From Cyanophora paradoxa CCMP329 (Eukaryota > Plantae > Glaucophyta): 64,000 nt of DNA. The stretch covers positions 127,694-191,693 of the forward strand of contig QPMI01000043.1 in the NCBI GenBank assembly GCA_004431415.1, read 5' to 3'. Position numbers and translations under genes: made by a program. Positions within the stretch are counted from its first letter, which is position 1. Each line of letters opens with the position of its first letter. The notes under the pieces were generated by a model that did no database searches, was not told the origin of the DNA, and saw only the letters and a list, made by a program, of their open reading frames with translations. Below, piece by piece: positions 22,045 to 33,395 of this stretch.

Positions 22045-23055
22045 TTATGCGAAGTTTGTAATAACTGGATAGGAAGGGTGAAGCTGCGACATTCTCATCT
22101 TATAGTATTCATAAACTGGGTCCCCAGCTGGCTCATCACCATAGCGAATTTCAAAGGTCAGATGAACAGGTTGACCCTCAAAATCAATTGGTTCATTTAC
22201 AGCATTAACAATATCAACCGAGAAAGTGGATAATCCAACCTTTTTGTTATAGTATTTATAAAGTGGATGAGCCTCTGTTGAATTGTAAACAACATGCTCA
22301 CCATAATCTTTGTCAGGGACCACTATTTTGTGAAAGTAACCAGTCAGAAGACCATCCCCACATTGCACCAGATCACCCAGCTCCTTTACTCTCACAAACA
22401 AAACACTGTCCCTGGTCTTCTCAGGCTCAAAAGAAGATATAATGCCATTCACTCGACCACCAGTAAAGATTCCATCAGTGAGAGCATCATAAACTTGTGA
22501 TTGGATTGAGGAATTGCCATATCTTCCAGGATCAAGACCAAGCAGTCTAGCTGAACTCAATAGCTTTTGGATTGTTTGTTGGCTTGGGTTCACAGCTACT
22601 GAGAAAGCCAAGTAAAATGGTACTGCTGAGTGGAATATAATTCGTTTCAGTGATTCATCCCATTTGCAGCGAATGGATGGTTGGGGATTTCTGCCTTCGA
22701 ATTTAGAGTTAATTACATTCACCAGTTGTTGGTGGCTTTGGATGGGGGTGTTTCGACTTATAATGAATTGTTTCCATTGTTCATAGTCAGCAGCTGGGCG
22801 AACTGTTGGAATTCCTGAGCTTCCAGCTCCAGGAGTTTGTTCAGAATAATAAATGCTAAATGCATTGTCAACTGTCACATCTCCAACTTTGGTTTCACCA
22901 CTCACCATAGGGATGCTGTTATAAAATTCGGCTGATACCAGTCTCACAGCCCTCACATTCTCATAACTACTGGGGAGTCTTGCCACAAAGCTTGATGTGG
23001 GACCATCACCAGAGATTGTATTAAATGAGCTAACCTCGATGTAATCCACAGGCAT
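22045..23055 (-). CDS. Minor capsid protein (penton-like), paralog 1
   Basis: SFVARLP..YENVRAVRLVSAEFYNS; C-terminal FSVDIVN..NEPIDFEG..VHLTFEI. Confidence 0.75.
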   Translation of the reverse strand: MPVDYIEVSSFNTISGDGPTSSFVARLPSSYENVRAVRLVSAEFYNSIPMVSGETKVGDVTVDNAFSIYYSEQTPGAGSSGIPTVRPAADYEQWKQFIISRNTPIQSHQQLVNVINSKFEGRNPQPSIRCKWDESLKRIIFHSAVPFYLAFSVAVNPSQQTIQKLLSSARLLGLDPGRYGNSSIQSQVYDALTDGIFTGGRVNGIISSFEPEKTRDSVLFVRVKELGDLVQCGDGLLTGYFHKIVVPDKDYGEHVVYNSTEAHPLYKYYNKKVGLSTFSVDIVNAVNEPIDFEGQPVHLTFEIRYGDEPAGDPVYEYYKMRMSQLHPSYPVITNFA

Positions 23056-23084
23056 TCTTCTTTTATCTATATTTATATATTAAA

Positions 23085-24017
23085 ATGAATCGACTTGTTA
23101 ATATTGATAGCAGGGATAGAAGCCAAGGACAAAATGAAAACTCTTACAGGGTCACTCTCACAACTCCAGTAGAGAGACCAAGGGAATGTAGGGTTCTCTA
23201 TGCAGAGATTCCAAACAGTATCTATAACAGTGTGGGAACTGATCATCTAACAGTTCAGTTTAATTACCAAGATGGTTCATACAATGAAATCATCACACAG
23301 AAAGTGTATCCCCTTCCCAGTGGCTACATTAACCAGGGTCATTTTGGGGTAACACACCCTTATAATTATGGGCTGAACTATTCAAGCTTCCAAACCATTG
23401 CAGGCAAAACAGTAGCTTTTGAGTTCAAGATATTCTATAACCCAACTACCTATAAAGTGGAGTTTTACAGTAACCATGAGTTTCGTTTTATTGCAAGCAA
23501 CCAGAGAATAGGGAAGCTTTTGGGTGTGAGTTCTACTGAATACACCAATGGTTATTATAGCACTCCTCCTGCTGGTGGATCTCCCTATCGACCTGAGAAC
23601 CTTTTAAAGTATGATGGCAAACCTATTACACCTGATCACCCAGCATGGGGAATCACCTTCTCAGGACCCAGACTCTCCTCAAAGCCCTTGCAATATTATT
23701 TTGACAGCAGGAAGATGTCTGATATGAATGCTGAGCAGTATCTGTACATGCATATTAAAGAGCTGTCCCCCTTTGCCAGCAGACACAATATAATCCCGAA
23801 ATCGCAACCACATAACCAGGGGGCAATCCTTAGACTGCAATTGAGTAAAGATATAGGCGGCTATGTTTACCATAGTGGTGAGCATGCCGAATTCATTCAG
23901 ATAAATGACAGAAACCTGGTGATAAGGGAACTCACTGTGGAGTTTAAAGATTACTTTGGTGAACTGATTGATATGAATGGAATCGACAATTCTTTTCAGT
24001 TGGAGTTTATCGAATAA
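23085..24017 (+). CDS. Minor capsid protein (penton-like), paralog 2
   Basis: NIDSRDR..SYRVTL..AEIPNS; C-terminal LTVEFKDYFGELIDMNGIDNSFQLEF. Confidence 0.75.
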   Translation: MNRLVNIDSRDRSQGQNENSYRVTLTTPVERPRECRVLYAEIPNSIYNSVGTDHLTVQFNYQDGSYNEIITQKVYPLPSGYINQGHFGVTHPYNYGLNYSSFQTIAGKTVAFEFKIFYNPTTYKVEFYSNHEFRFIASNQRIGKLLGVSSTEYTNGYYSTPPAGGSPYRPENLLKYDGKPITPDHPAWGITFSGPRLSSKPLQYYFDSRKMSDMNAEQYLYMHIKELSPFASRHNIIPKSQPHNQGAILRLQLSKDIGGYVYHSGEHAEFIQINDRNLVIRELTVEFKDYFGELIDMNGIDNSFQLEFIE

Positions 24018-25562
24018 AGGCACCTGTAAAGTCCACTCTCATTGTGGGAGCATTCACATACACAAGGGGATAAATGCGAATATACTTGATTCTGAGAGAA
24101 AAACCTATGTAAAAAGCATCCTTGATGCTGAGAGGAAATCCACTCAATAAAGCAACATCACCTGAGTTGTGAGCATTGTTAATGTTCTCACAGACATATA
24201 TTTTGTTCTGCCCATCTGATCGAATAAAAGACCAGTTGATCCCATCAGTGGATGTTGCCACATTGAAAGTCTTAATAAAAGCATTGGTGTCCCCTGAACC
24301 ATAGGCAATAACAGAGGAGAGTTCGAAAGTATATGGGAAAGCAACTTGAAGGTATTCAGTGGGGGTTTCCCATATCTGCTCAGGAGCATAGGCTCCAGCT
24401 TCCCAGCCAAATGCTGAAGGTCTAGCCATGAAAGGCTCTTTACCTGTCACAGAGGATGAGGCAGTGAAGGCATCATCTGCAAGCTGATACCAATTTGCAT
24501 CCAAAGGAGGTGATGTAGTGAGAGTGGATGATATGTAAGCCTTTGAAGGGTTCTTTAATTCATAGTTTGCTACTAGAATGCTGCAAAGCTTATTAATCAT
24601 ATCATTGTTTGCTGCAATGTATGTTTCAGTGAATGCAAGCATGTCTGGGATTTTAGAAGTGTCATCCAGGGAGCTTACTATATGATTTGGAAGTGGGACT
24701 GATAGCCTATAGTATCTCCCATAATCCTGATCATAGTTGTAGGGTAACAACTCCTCCATCTTATCAAGGGCAGAAAGCTCACTTGCAGCCATGAGCATGT
24801 TAATCAATGGGCTTCCATCTGTTGAGGCAATCCATGAGAGAATGCCCCAGCTGTTGACAGTCTCATAAGCATAACCCACATAATCAGACTCTAAATGTGG
24901 GTCCACCTCTCCACAAGATATACTTATTACTATAATATCATCATCATCACTGTAAATTTTCTTTGCATGGCTGTAACCACACACACTGGGATTATTGTTT
25001 CCCGAAATGGCACCATCAATTAGACAGACATATACTCCCCGATTGAAATCAACAATGCTTACAGGAGAGAAATATGTAGGAGCAGCAGAAGTAGCCCTAG
25101 CAGCAATCTTACAAGGCATAAAGTTGTAATTGTTGTCATTTGTGATAAATATTGGTTTCATATTCTGAGTATCAAAGGATGTGATCACAATGTCCTTTAG
25201 GGAATCCTGTATTAGTGATTCACCAGTAACTGAATTGATTGCAGTCTCCAAGGGTCCCACATCATACTTTGTATTAAAAAGGGCATTTTCGATTATATTT
25301 CGAGGATTTGCGAAAATCAAGGGCAGTTGAGTTAGGTAAATATTGTGTAAATCGTTTGCTGTCAGTTTAGGTTCACCTGGTTTATCAGGATGCCTTATAT
25401 TCAAACCTATTGCAATGATCCCACCAGTGGAAGTTCCACTCACAAGATCCACAAGATCGATTATTCTCCTGCCAGTTCGATTTTCGATTTCTTTTAGCAG
25501 CCTGGTTATGATAATGCCCCTTGCACCTCCCCTGATAAAGACAGGCAGATTTTCAAGGGCAT
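24007..25562 (-). CDS. Patatin-like phospholipase fused to a C-terminal discoidin (F5/8 type C) domain (1-nt frameshift near the start)
   Basis: Restored N-terminus MPLKICLSLSGGGARG; GTSTG; ATSAAPTYF; DGA; C-terminal EYLQV...STDGINW...YIRIYP...MRVDF. Confidence 0.85.
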
Positions 25563-25605
25563 CTTTTACTTATCAGGAATTTTATAAATCCATATAGTAA
25601 AAGCC

Positions 25606-28600
25606 ATGAGCTTCAATTACCCACCAAATCTAGAAACCATTCAAGATGATAATGCAAGCAGCACCAAGCATGTGAACTTTGATAATATTAAAGTAAAGGG
25701 TTCAGTTTCGATTGACCACAGTTCCGATAATTCATCCAAGACTCAATCAAGGGAGCATGCTTTATCTGTGAATCAAACCGATCCAGATAAGGAGGAAGTT
25801 AGTGTTGCTTTTAGCTTGGGTAATGTGAAAGCAAACCAAGTGGCAGAGATCAAAGCAACAAGAAGGAGACCTAGGAAACTCAAAACCAGTGGCACTCACC
25901 CAGATATACCTTCTAGGTTTGATAGTGGTCGATTGATTTTCAATGTTCAAGATGAGCAGGGCAAACAGAACACAGGTTTGCGAATTTACAATGAGGGCAG
26001 CACTGCAAAAGCTGAGGTCCCCCAAGTATTGCAAGTGGGTCCCATTGCCAACACAAATCAGGTCTCCTACACAAATGATGTCTATCCCAAGGATATAACA
26101 TATGACTTTGCGAGGAATGAGCCTTTTGGGTTCTTTACTCCAAAAGATGTCCATCAAAAAAAGCCATCAATTACAATCAACAGTAGCCCCAGTCAGCCAG
26201 TAGCAATCCATTTACATCCTGATCTTGTTGAAATGGATAGGCACCTTTTGCCTTTGTATAGCAATGTGAAAGACCTTGGAATTCGAACCAGGCAATGGCG
26301 AAATATCCATGGCAGCAATGTGTATGCAAATGGTGAGAAGCTTGTAAGTGAGAAGACCATAAGAGAGATCTTTGAGTATTATGGACCTGTCCCAGTTCCC
26401 TTCCCTCTTCCATGGGATCCACCGGATTTAACACCGAAAAAGCAACCAGGCAGAGAGTACACAGCAGATGAGACAGTTGCTTTTGGGCAGCATATTGTTA
26501 GTTGGGAGCAAGTTCGCAATAAACCTATAATTGAACCCAGAAAGCAAATAGATGAGCAGTATTTACCTCCTGAAGTCGATATATTAGAGCTTGATGAATA
26601 TCAATTCGTTCCAGATGAGGAAGAATATTTACCAGATGGTTTTGACCCACAAGAATATGAATATGATCAGTTTGACCCCAATGAGGAGGAGATACTACCA
26701 GATGGCTTAGATCCCCAAGAGTTTGAGTATGAGCAGAACTATGAACCTGATGAGGAGTATTTGCCAGATGGGCATGATCCACCAGCTGTTGATTATGAGC
26801 AACCTTATGAACCCCATGAGGAATTATTACCAGATGGATTTCGACCTGAGATCTGGGAGTTCTTTCCTGATTATGAACAAATTAATAATAAACCTGCAAA
26901 GTATCCCCCAGAGGATCACAATCATGACTGGGATGAGATCTTAGGCAAACCACAGAAATACCCACCAGAAGACCACAGGCATGATTGGGGTGATATTGAT
27001 GGGATTCCAGATAAGTTTGCAGCAAGCAACCATGAACACACCTGGGATGAGATCAATGACCAACCAGAATTTGCAAAAGTTGAGCCTCTTGCTACTCTGG
27101 GAGTTTCTCTTTACCAGACTTGCAATGTCCCTGAAAGGATCTTTTTGAATCACCACTATGTTCATGTGAATGGGACACTTGCGAATTCAGCTATGAGAGG
27201 ACCACTTCATATTAGGACATTACCAGGCTCTTATAATCCACCACCTGAACCAGGAGCAACCATACCAAATATCTTTGTGTCAAGCTACATGGAGGCTGAC
27301 ATTCCCACAGATACATTCAGAGTCCCAACAGACCCAGCAACCTACCAAAATTACAACTCTGCTATACAGGTTCATGTAGCAGATGTAAGCAGCTTAGATG
27401 GCTCAAGACCAATGATAGTATTCAGTCGAGATAAATACTCCTACATTCCCATAGTGGGAACTGCAAATGATAACTATGGGAGGGCAGAGCTTGCATGGAT
27501 TAAAACAGATTATGGTGGGGTTCTGGAAGCTAATCAGAGGATGGCTGCAAAAAACATACACAATGAGAGCATTTCGAGAGTAGTCACAGAGGATTACCTT
27601 ACTGCTGTTGTTCTTGTGAATATAGTCACCCTTGCTATGCTCGCAAATTATGTAACTAAAAATGAACTTGCAGCCGAATTATCCAAGTATCTTCCACTTG
27701 TTGGTGGGACAATCACAGGAGACCTTACGGTAAATAGTAATATTTACAGTAGCAATATAGAGACGAGTAATTTAAAAGTGAATGGAAATCTTACAGTGAC
27801 AAGTAATATTTTTATTGGAGATAGAAATACAAAAGTCGATGTCTTTTATAACACACCATATTACCCTGTTACATCAAATACAGATCCGGCATTTACAATT
27901 CCGAATTGTGTAATGGCAGCTAAACCATCAGGTTATGCCGATCTTGAAAATGCATACGCAAAACCAATCGGCAACCGATCCACATTAGCAATTCCATTCA
28001 TTCCAAATTTGTATGCTTTGACAGGAAGTTCACCCAATACATCATACTTTAAGATAAGTCCTTTATTGAACAATCAAATCACTTTAAATTCTGGTTCGGG
28101 AAGTGTTGGTTTGACCACAAATAGAACAGATACCGTGGATTGGAGTAATGGGTTAACATTCTTCTATGTGGGTAATGTGAGATCTGATTCATACACAAAT
28201 GGAGTATTTTATGTTGCTGATGAAGGAGTGTTTGAAGTTAACTATGGAACTTTTATAGATTGGACAGTAAGCCCCCCTGTTTGCAAATGGGGCATGAATA
28301 GATATATTAACACAGCAGCTGGAATAAACATGCAATATGGAACCCCAACATATAATGACCTTCCACATGTCCATATGCCTTATGAAGAATACGCAAATTA
28401 TAAACATGCATACTGGGACACCACTGTGACTTCCGAAAGTATATCATATTCAATGAACGGGAAGCATTTAGGAACAGTAGCTGGAAACTGGCTTCCGCCA
28501 TCAACATTTAATTTTTTTGGAACAAGACACGACTGGGGTGAGTTTGCAGAACTCATTGTTTTCAATAGAGTTTTGACAGAAGGCGAGAAACAACAGGTGA

Positions 28601-31600
28601 GATATTACATTCAACAGACATATGGATTTCCAATAACTCAGCCGCTTTACTATCCTGATAATCTACGAATTTCGGCTGAATATGTTCATATAAAAAATTT
28701 AATCGTCTCTTCAAATGCTGTGATTCCAAACTATACAACATCAAATGTGGTTCAAGGTTGGATACAAAACCACACACACACCAAAGATCAGATCACAGAT
28801 TTTGACCATAAACATGTTAAAGCAGACATAACAGATTTTGACCATACTCACACAAAATCGCAAATCACAGATTTTGCACACAAACATGTCAAAGCAGATA
28901 TTACAGATTTTGACCATACTCACACAAAAGCGCAAATCACAGATTTTGCACACAAACATGTCAAAGCAGATATTACAGATTTTGACCATACTCACACAAA
29001 AGCGCAAATCACAGATTTTGCACACAAACATGTCAAAGCAGATATTACAGATTTTGACCATACTCACACAAAAGCGCAAATAACAGATTTCACACATAGG
29101 CACAATTGGGACGAAATAGATCAACAGCCAGTTTTTGCACAATTGAATGCAATCGGAAACGTTTTTAATGGAGTCACACTTTACCAATCAAGTAATACAC
29201 CTGAAAGATTGTATTTGAATGATCATTATGTTAGTCTCAATGGGACTTTTACAGGTCAAACAGGAACCCCAATGGTGGGAACTCTTGCAGTAAGATTACC
29301 CAGGGATCCAATTGTTAATGGAGTTTATGATGGCGATTTTAATGTGGGAGTTAATGATACTTTCCCCAGTATCTATGTTACAAATTATCACCCAGGTGAA
29401 ACAGGACAAGTAGCCAATTTTTCAGCAGCTATTCAAATAAACGTTACAGATCAAAGCGCATATGATGGAGCAAGACCTAAAATTGTGTTCACAAGGGAGA
29501 AAGTTGTAAACTACCTTCCTGTTGCGGGACAACCCACAGATGATCATGGAAAATGCGAGATTGCTTGGATTAAAACGACATCAGGTGGAGCCTTAGAAGT
29601 CAATCAGAGGATGGCAGCAAAGAACTTACACAATACCACCCTTTCAGGAGTGGTCACAGATGATTACCTTACCAATAAAGGTTATCTTACTTCTGCAGAT
29701 TTAAGCAGTTATGCAACAGATGCAGAGTTAACAACAGCTCTTGCAAACTATTTGCCTCTTACAGGTGGGACTGTCAATGGAACTGTGAATGCTACCACTC
29801 TACAAATTGGTGGAACCACAATTCCAAAAGGTTATGATTTTGATCAGTTAGATGTAGTATCAACAGATAGAAGCGCAAATAATTGGACAGTCAATTGGAC
29901 AGGACAAAGAACAGGACAAACAGGATGTTACACAAACCCACTAAATGATGAAGATTGCAGTGGTTGTTGGATGAGATGGCTCATTCCCACAGGTATGAAA
30001 TCATTTTATATCCAGCACATGCCTTGGTATAATTGCAGATATTTCGATATCTATGGGCAAACAACTAATGGATATCAACATTTCTTAAAGCGAGTAAATG
30101 CCTATCAGGGTATACAACAGGTGAATCAGGATGGAACACACAATACAATCTTGTTTGTCTCTATCAATTGCGAATTCTACAAATATATTTATGTCCAAGG
30201 TCGAAAAGGTAGAATCCATCTTACAGGTGTTTTTGGGTGGAGCAGACAGAGAGCAACAGATAATGAATTGGGCATGATCTCTTGGGATAATATTTTTAGT
30301 AAACCTGATTTTGCAGGCACTTATGCAACAAAGGCAGAAGTCCCTAACGTTTTAGGTGATCTTTTGACAGTGAACTCTGTGGACTGGCACAAATCAACAG
30401 ATAATATTCCAAGGTTTTGGTTTGGTAGTGGTAATACTACATATATTCGAGGATATGGGAATAGTGAAGGTGTGTCAATTGAATTTAGAAATTCAGGAGA
30501 TACAGCCATTTTGAAGTCTTATGACAATGGTAACCTTTGGGTCAATAATACCCTCACAGCATCTACCATTAATGCTACTACGAATCTCCAGATAAATGGG
30601 AATGCTGTTCCAAAGCTACACTCCAACGATGGATATGTTGCAGGGAGTTCTCCACACAATTATTCTGGAAGTTGGACATTTGGGTATGGCTCAGCTTGGG
30701 AACCCTATTTTAATTATGGTGGGCATGCATACAATAGTGAAGTGGATGACCAAACTTCTTCTGCTTGGATTGAATACAATATTCCCGATGGATTACACAC
30801 AGGAACAGCATTTTTAACTCATTTACCTTGGGGCAACACACGAATTTTCGAGATTTGGGGAATAAATCGACAAGGCAATGCGATTTTCATTACAACTGTC
30901 AACAATTATCACCCTTATGCAGGGTCTGCAAATGATAACCATAGTGGTGTGAATAATGTCCCCATTTTCCTAGGAAACCGATTTGTAAGGATTCGAATTC
31001 AAGCAAGAATTGGAAGGGTTCACATTATGGGTATTAGTTTCATGAAAATATGGGTTGGGCATAGCTATGGTGGTCACACTGGTTATATTCATTGGAATAA
31101 TGTGTATAGTAAGCCGAATATACCTACATCCTATCTATCATTAACAGATGTAACCAATTCGATTGGAAACATTACAGGATTTGATACTTGGAGTGGAACA
31201 GGTTCCTATGGTCTATCATTTAGTGGTGGTTGGACAACAGGTTGGACACCAACCTACACAAATCCAGTCGATGGATTTTATAGTAACATTTCAGGCGATG
31301 AAACAGATGGTGGTTGGGCGCAAATTGAAGTCCCTGGCAATATGAAAACATGTCATGTTCAGTATATGTGTTGGACAAATTGCAGATATTTCGATATTGG
31401 AGGCTATCGAAATGGGAGGTGGCATCACATTATGAGGGTGAATTGCTACCAAGCTGTTTCAAATAATTACGATTCAGATTGGCATGATGGCTTAACATGG
31501 ACGTCTTTCCATTGTGATACATTCTCCCATGTAAGATTTGTTGCAAGGAAAGGGAGATGTCACATTGGTATGATTGGATGGACAAAAGAAAAAGGAAGAA

Positions 31601-32172
31601 CAGCCCCAGCAAATGGTTTTATAAGTTGGGATAATGTATATAGTAAAGATGCTCGCACAACTTGGGCAACCGGAACTTGGATAACATCAGATGAAGGTAA
31701 TGGGAGAGTTTATTTCGGTTCATCATCAACTACATACATTAAAGGTTATGGTTACGAAATGATCCATTTTAGAGCAGGAAATGATATAACAATGCAAGCT
31801 TTTTATAATAATGGTGACGTTTACTTTTGGGGATGGCTTACACAAGGAAGTGATAGAAGATACAAAACCGACATTAAAAATATAACCGGCGCCCTTTCAG
31901 CAATTGAGAAATTACAGGGTGTGAGTTACAAAAAGATTGGTGATGGAAAACAGAAAGTAAACTTAGGTTTGATTGCGCAAGATGTCGAAAAAGTCATACC
32001 AGAAGTAGTAGGTAAAAATCACGAAAATTATTTGACCCTTGCATACACAGGTTTAATTCCGGTTCTCATTGAAGCAGTGAAGGAGTTATCCCAAAAATGC
32101 AAAGATTTAACACAAACCTGTGAGAATCTCCAAAGTCAAATAGACCAAATTAAAAATATCACAGTATTATAA
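25606..32172 (+). CDS. Large fibre/spike protein with a C-terminal peptidase-S74-type intramolecular chaperone
   Basis: 2188 aa; acidic repeats, HTHTKAQITDF repeats, YLPLxGGT motifs, LamG-like segment, SDRRYK...GLIAQDV...LIEAVKEL. Confidence 0.85.
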   Translation: MSFNYPPNLETIQDDNASSTKHVNFDNIKVKGSVSIDHSSDNSSKTQSREHALSVNQTDPDKEEVSVAFSLGNVKANQVAEIKATRRRPRKLKTSGTHPDIPSRFDSGRLIFNVQDEQGKQNTGLRIYNEGSTAKAEVPQVLQVGPIANTNQVSYTNDVYPKDITYDFARNEPFGFFTPKDVHQKKPSITINSSPSQPVAIHLHPDLVEMDRHLLPLYSNVKDLGIRTRQWRNIHGSNVYANGEKLVSEKTIREIFEYYGPVPVPFPLPWDPPDLTPKKQPGREYTADETVAFGQHIVSWEQVRNKPIIEPRKQIDEQYLPPEVDILELDEYQFVPDEEEYLPDGFDPQEYEYDQFDPNEEEILPDGLDPQEFEYEQNYEPDEEYLPDGHDPPAVDYEQPYEPHEELLPDGFRPEIWEFFPDYEQINNKPAKYPPEDHNHDWDEILGKPQKYPPEDHRHDWGDIDGIPDKFAASNHEHTWDEINDQPEFAKVEPLATLGVSLYQTCNVPERIFLNHHYVHVNGTLANSAMRGPLHIRTLPGSYNPPPEPGATIPNIFVSSYMEADIPTDTFRVPTDPATYQNYNSAIQVHVADVSSLDGSRPMIVFSRDKYSYIPIVGTANDNYGRAELAWIKTDYGGVLEANQRMAAKNIHNESISRVVTEDYLTAVVLVNIVTLAMLANYVTKNELAAELSKYLPLVGGTITGDLTVNSNIYSSNIETSNLKVNGNLTVTSNIFIGDRNTKVDVFYNTPYYPVTSNTDPAFTIPNCVMAAKPSGYADLENAYAKPIGNRSTLAIPFIPNLYALTGSSPNTSYFKISPLLNNQITLNSGSGSVGLTTNRTDTVDWSNGLTFFYVGNVRSDSYTNGVFYVADEGVFEVNYGTFIDWTVSPPVCKWGMNRYINTAAGINMQYGTPTYNDLPHVHMPYEEYANYKHAYWDTTVTSESISYSMNGKHLGTVAGNWLPPSTFNFFGTRHDWGEFAELIVFNRVLTEGEKQQVRYYIQQTYGFPITQPLYYPDNLRISAEYVHIKNLIVSSNAVIPNYTTSNVVQGWIQNHTHTKDQITDFDHKHVKADITDFDHTHTKSQITDFAHKHVKADITDFDHTHTKAQITDFAHKHVKADITDFDHTHTKAQITDFAHKHVKADITDFDHTHTKAQITDFTHRHNWDEIDQQPVFAQLNAIGNVFNGVTLYQSSNTPERLYLNDHYVSLNGTFTGQTGTPMVGTLAVRLPRDPIVNGVYDGDFNVGVNDTFPSIYVTNYHPGETGQVANFSAAIQINVTDQSAYDGARPKIVFTREKVVNYLPVAGQPTDDHGKCEIAWIKTTSGGALEVNQRMAAKNLHNTTLSGVVTDDYLTNKGYLTSADLSSYATDAELTTALANYLPLTGGTVNGTVNATTLQIGGTTIPKGYDFDQLDVVSTDRSANNWTVNWTGQRTGQTGCYTNPLNDEDCSGCWMRWLIPTGMKSFYIQHMPWYNCRYFDIYGQTTNGYQHFLKRVNAYQGIQQVNQDGTHNTILFVSINCEFYKYIYVQGRKGRIHLTGVFGWSRQRATDNELGMISWDNIFSKPDFAGTYATKAEVPNVLGDLLTVNSVDWHKSTDNIPRFWFGSGNTTYIRGYGNSEGVSIEFRNSGDTAILKSYDNGNLWVNNTLTASTINATTNLQINGNAVPKLHSNDGYVAGSSPHNYSGSWTFGYGSAWEPYFNYGGHAYNSEVDDQTSSAWIEYNIPDGLHTGTAFLTHLPWGNTRIFEIWGINRQGNAIFITTVNNYHPYAGSANDNHSGVNNVPIFLGNRFVRIRIQARIGRVHIMGISFMKIWVGHSYGGHTGYIHWNNVYSKPNIPTSYLSLTDVTNSIGNITGFDTWSGTGSYGLSFSGGWTTGWTPTYTNPVDGFYSNISGDETDGGWAQIEVPGNMKTCHVQYMCWTNCRYFDIGGYRNGRWHHIMRVNCYQAVSNNYDSDWHDGLTWTSFHCDTFSHVRFVARKGRCHIGMIGWTKEKGRTAPANGFISWDNVYSKDARTTWATGTWITSDEGNGRVYFGSSSTTYIKGYGYEMIHFRAGNDITMQAFYNNGDVYFWGWLTQGSDRRYKTDIKNITGALSAIEKLQGVSYKKIGDGKQKVNLGLIAQDVEKVIPEVVGKNHENYLTLAYTGLIPVLIEAVKELSQKCKDLTQTCENLQSQIDQIKNITVL
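28771..29110 (+). repeat. Coding tandem repeat, 33-bp unit (66-bp dimer), HxHxKxxITDF
   Basis: About 10 units of 11 aa in the fibre ORF. Confidence 0.9.
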
Positions 32173-32478
32173 ATGGCGACCTATCCTCTTGGTGGAACCA
32201 CCTATTCTACTGAGCCTGTTGCACTTTCTTTTGATACAATCACCCTTGTAAACGCATTACAAACAGTTGAAAAAACGATTCAGCAAACTAACAAGCTCTC
32301 ACCAGTTGTAAATGAGTATAAAAACCTCTTGGTTAATGTCCTTGCTCAAGCTGCATATGGTGACCCTGTTGCTAAATACAATGAGTGTGATAACAACATT
32401 AAAGCAATGACGTCCAACCTGCAAGTTCTTTCAACTGTTTACCAATCCCTTGGATCGAATTTAATCACTTTGGCTTGA
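32173..32478 (+). CDS. Hypothetical helical protein
   Basis: 101 aa, starts immediately after the fibre stop (TAAATG). Confidence 0.6.
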   Translation: MATYPLGGTTYSTEPVALSFDTITLVNALQTVEKTIQQTNKLSPVVNEYKNLLVNVLAQAAYGDPVAKYNECDNNIKAMTSNLQVLSTVYQSLGSNLITLA

Positions 32479-32517
32479 TTGCAGTTTATTTTTCTTTCCT
32501 TTTTAGTAAAAGAAGCA

Positions 32518-33372
32518 ATGGGTGAATATAATCGAGTTCAACTTCCAATATATTCCCTTGGATCCCCTGCAATGCACTTTCGCCAGCATGAAGTTAATGA
32601 TGAGGTTCGTGGTTTAGAATCCACAGAGAGACCCAATTCCAATGGTAACTCCTTTGATAAGAATTCGATTATTCGAGTTAAAGAGCTGAGAGCTGATAAG
32701 AACTCAGGTGTGGTGAAAACAACTCGACTTCTTGTCACAAATGCTAACTTTTTCCAACCTACTAATGGAGGTCCTGATGCTTACAGTGTTGATCTGAAAG
32801 CCCTTGATTTCGATAAGAATTCTGCAGCTGTTACTGTGAGATCAGGAGGAGCTTTTATTGGTGGAGGCTGCAGAGTTTCAGGTCAGCTATCTTCATCTGT
32901 TTCCTACAATGATGTCCCAGATACTCTAGAGCAAAATGCTGAGAACCCACAACGAATTCGTTTCTACACACCTGTTGCACAGCAACCTTTTTTGCATTTC
33001 TATGTTGCATCCTCTGTAACTCTTGAGAATTCGGAATTAGTTTCCATTACAGGAACTGATCGAGTAAGAAGAAATATTCCTCTTCCCACTTCAATGCTTT
33101 CCATGTGTAGAGCCAATAATAATCAACCAGGTCACAACTACTTATTCTTTGTTCAAGCTTCGAACCATTTTGGCAGAGGATATTGTGTTTATAACAATTT
33201 GACATTTACCTATGATCTGTTTGTCACTGAGGTTGGAGTATACAATACTATGATTATGGGACTGAGAACAGATATAGCAGCTGTATCAGCACTTCGTGGT
33301 GTAAATGTTGCTGATATATTCACAACAGGATTTTACATGGAACCAGATGTGATTGATGACCCAACCCCATAA
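32518..33372 (+). CDS. Small fibre-like protein, paralog A
   Basis: RVKELRADKNSGVVKTTRLLVTN shared with 33396, 61838, 62902; AVTVRSGGAFIGG fibre-type motif. Confidence 0.65.
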   Translation: MGEYNRVQLPIYSLGSPAMHFRQHEVNDEVRGLESTERPNSNGNSFDKNSIIRVKELRADKNSGVVKTTRLLVTNANFFQPTNGGPDAYSVDLKALDFDKNSAAVTVRSGGAFIGGGCRVSGQLSSSVSYNDVPDTLEQNAENPQRIRFYTPVAQQPFLHFYVASSVTLENSELVSITGTDRVRRNIPLPTSMLSMCRANNNQPGHNYLFFVQASNHFGRGYCVYNNLTFTYDLFVTEVGVYNTMIMGLRTDIAAVSALRGVNVADIFTTGFYMEPDVIDDPTP

Positions 33373-33395
33373 AAGATATATCCCTTTAATGTAAA

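Noticed and set aside
28771-29110. CRISPR array or diversity-generating retroelement repeats in the fibre
   Set aside because: In-frame coding repeats; no spacers, no reverse transcriptase, no adenine-specific variant pair seen
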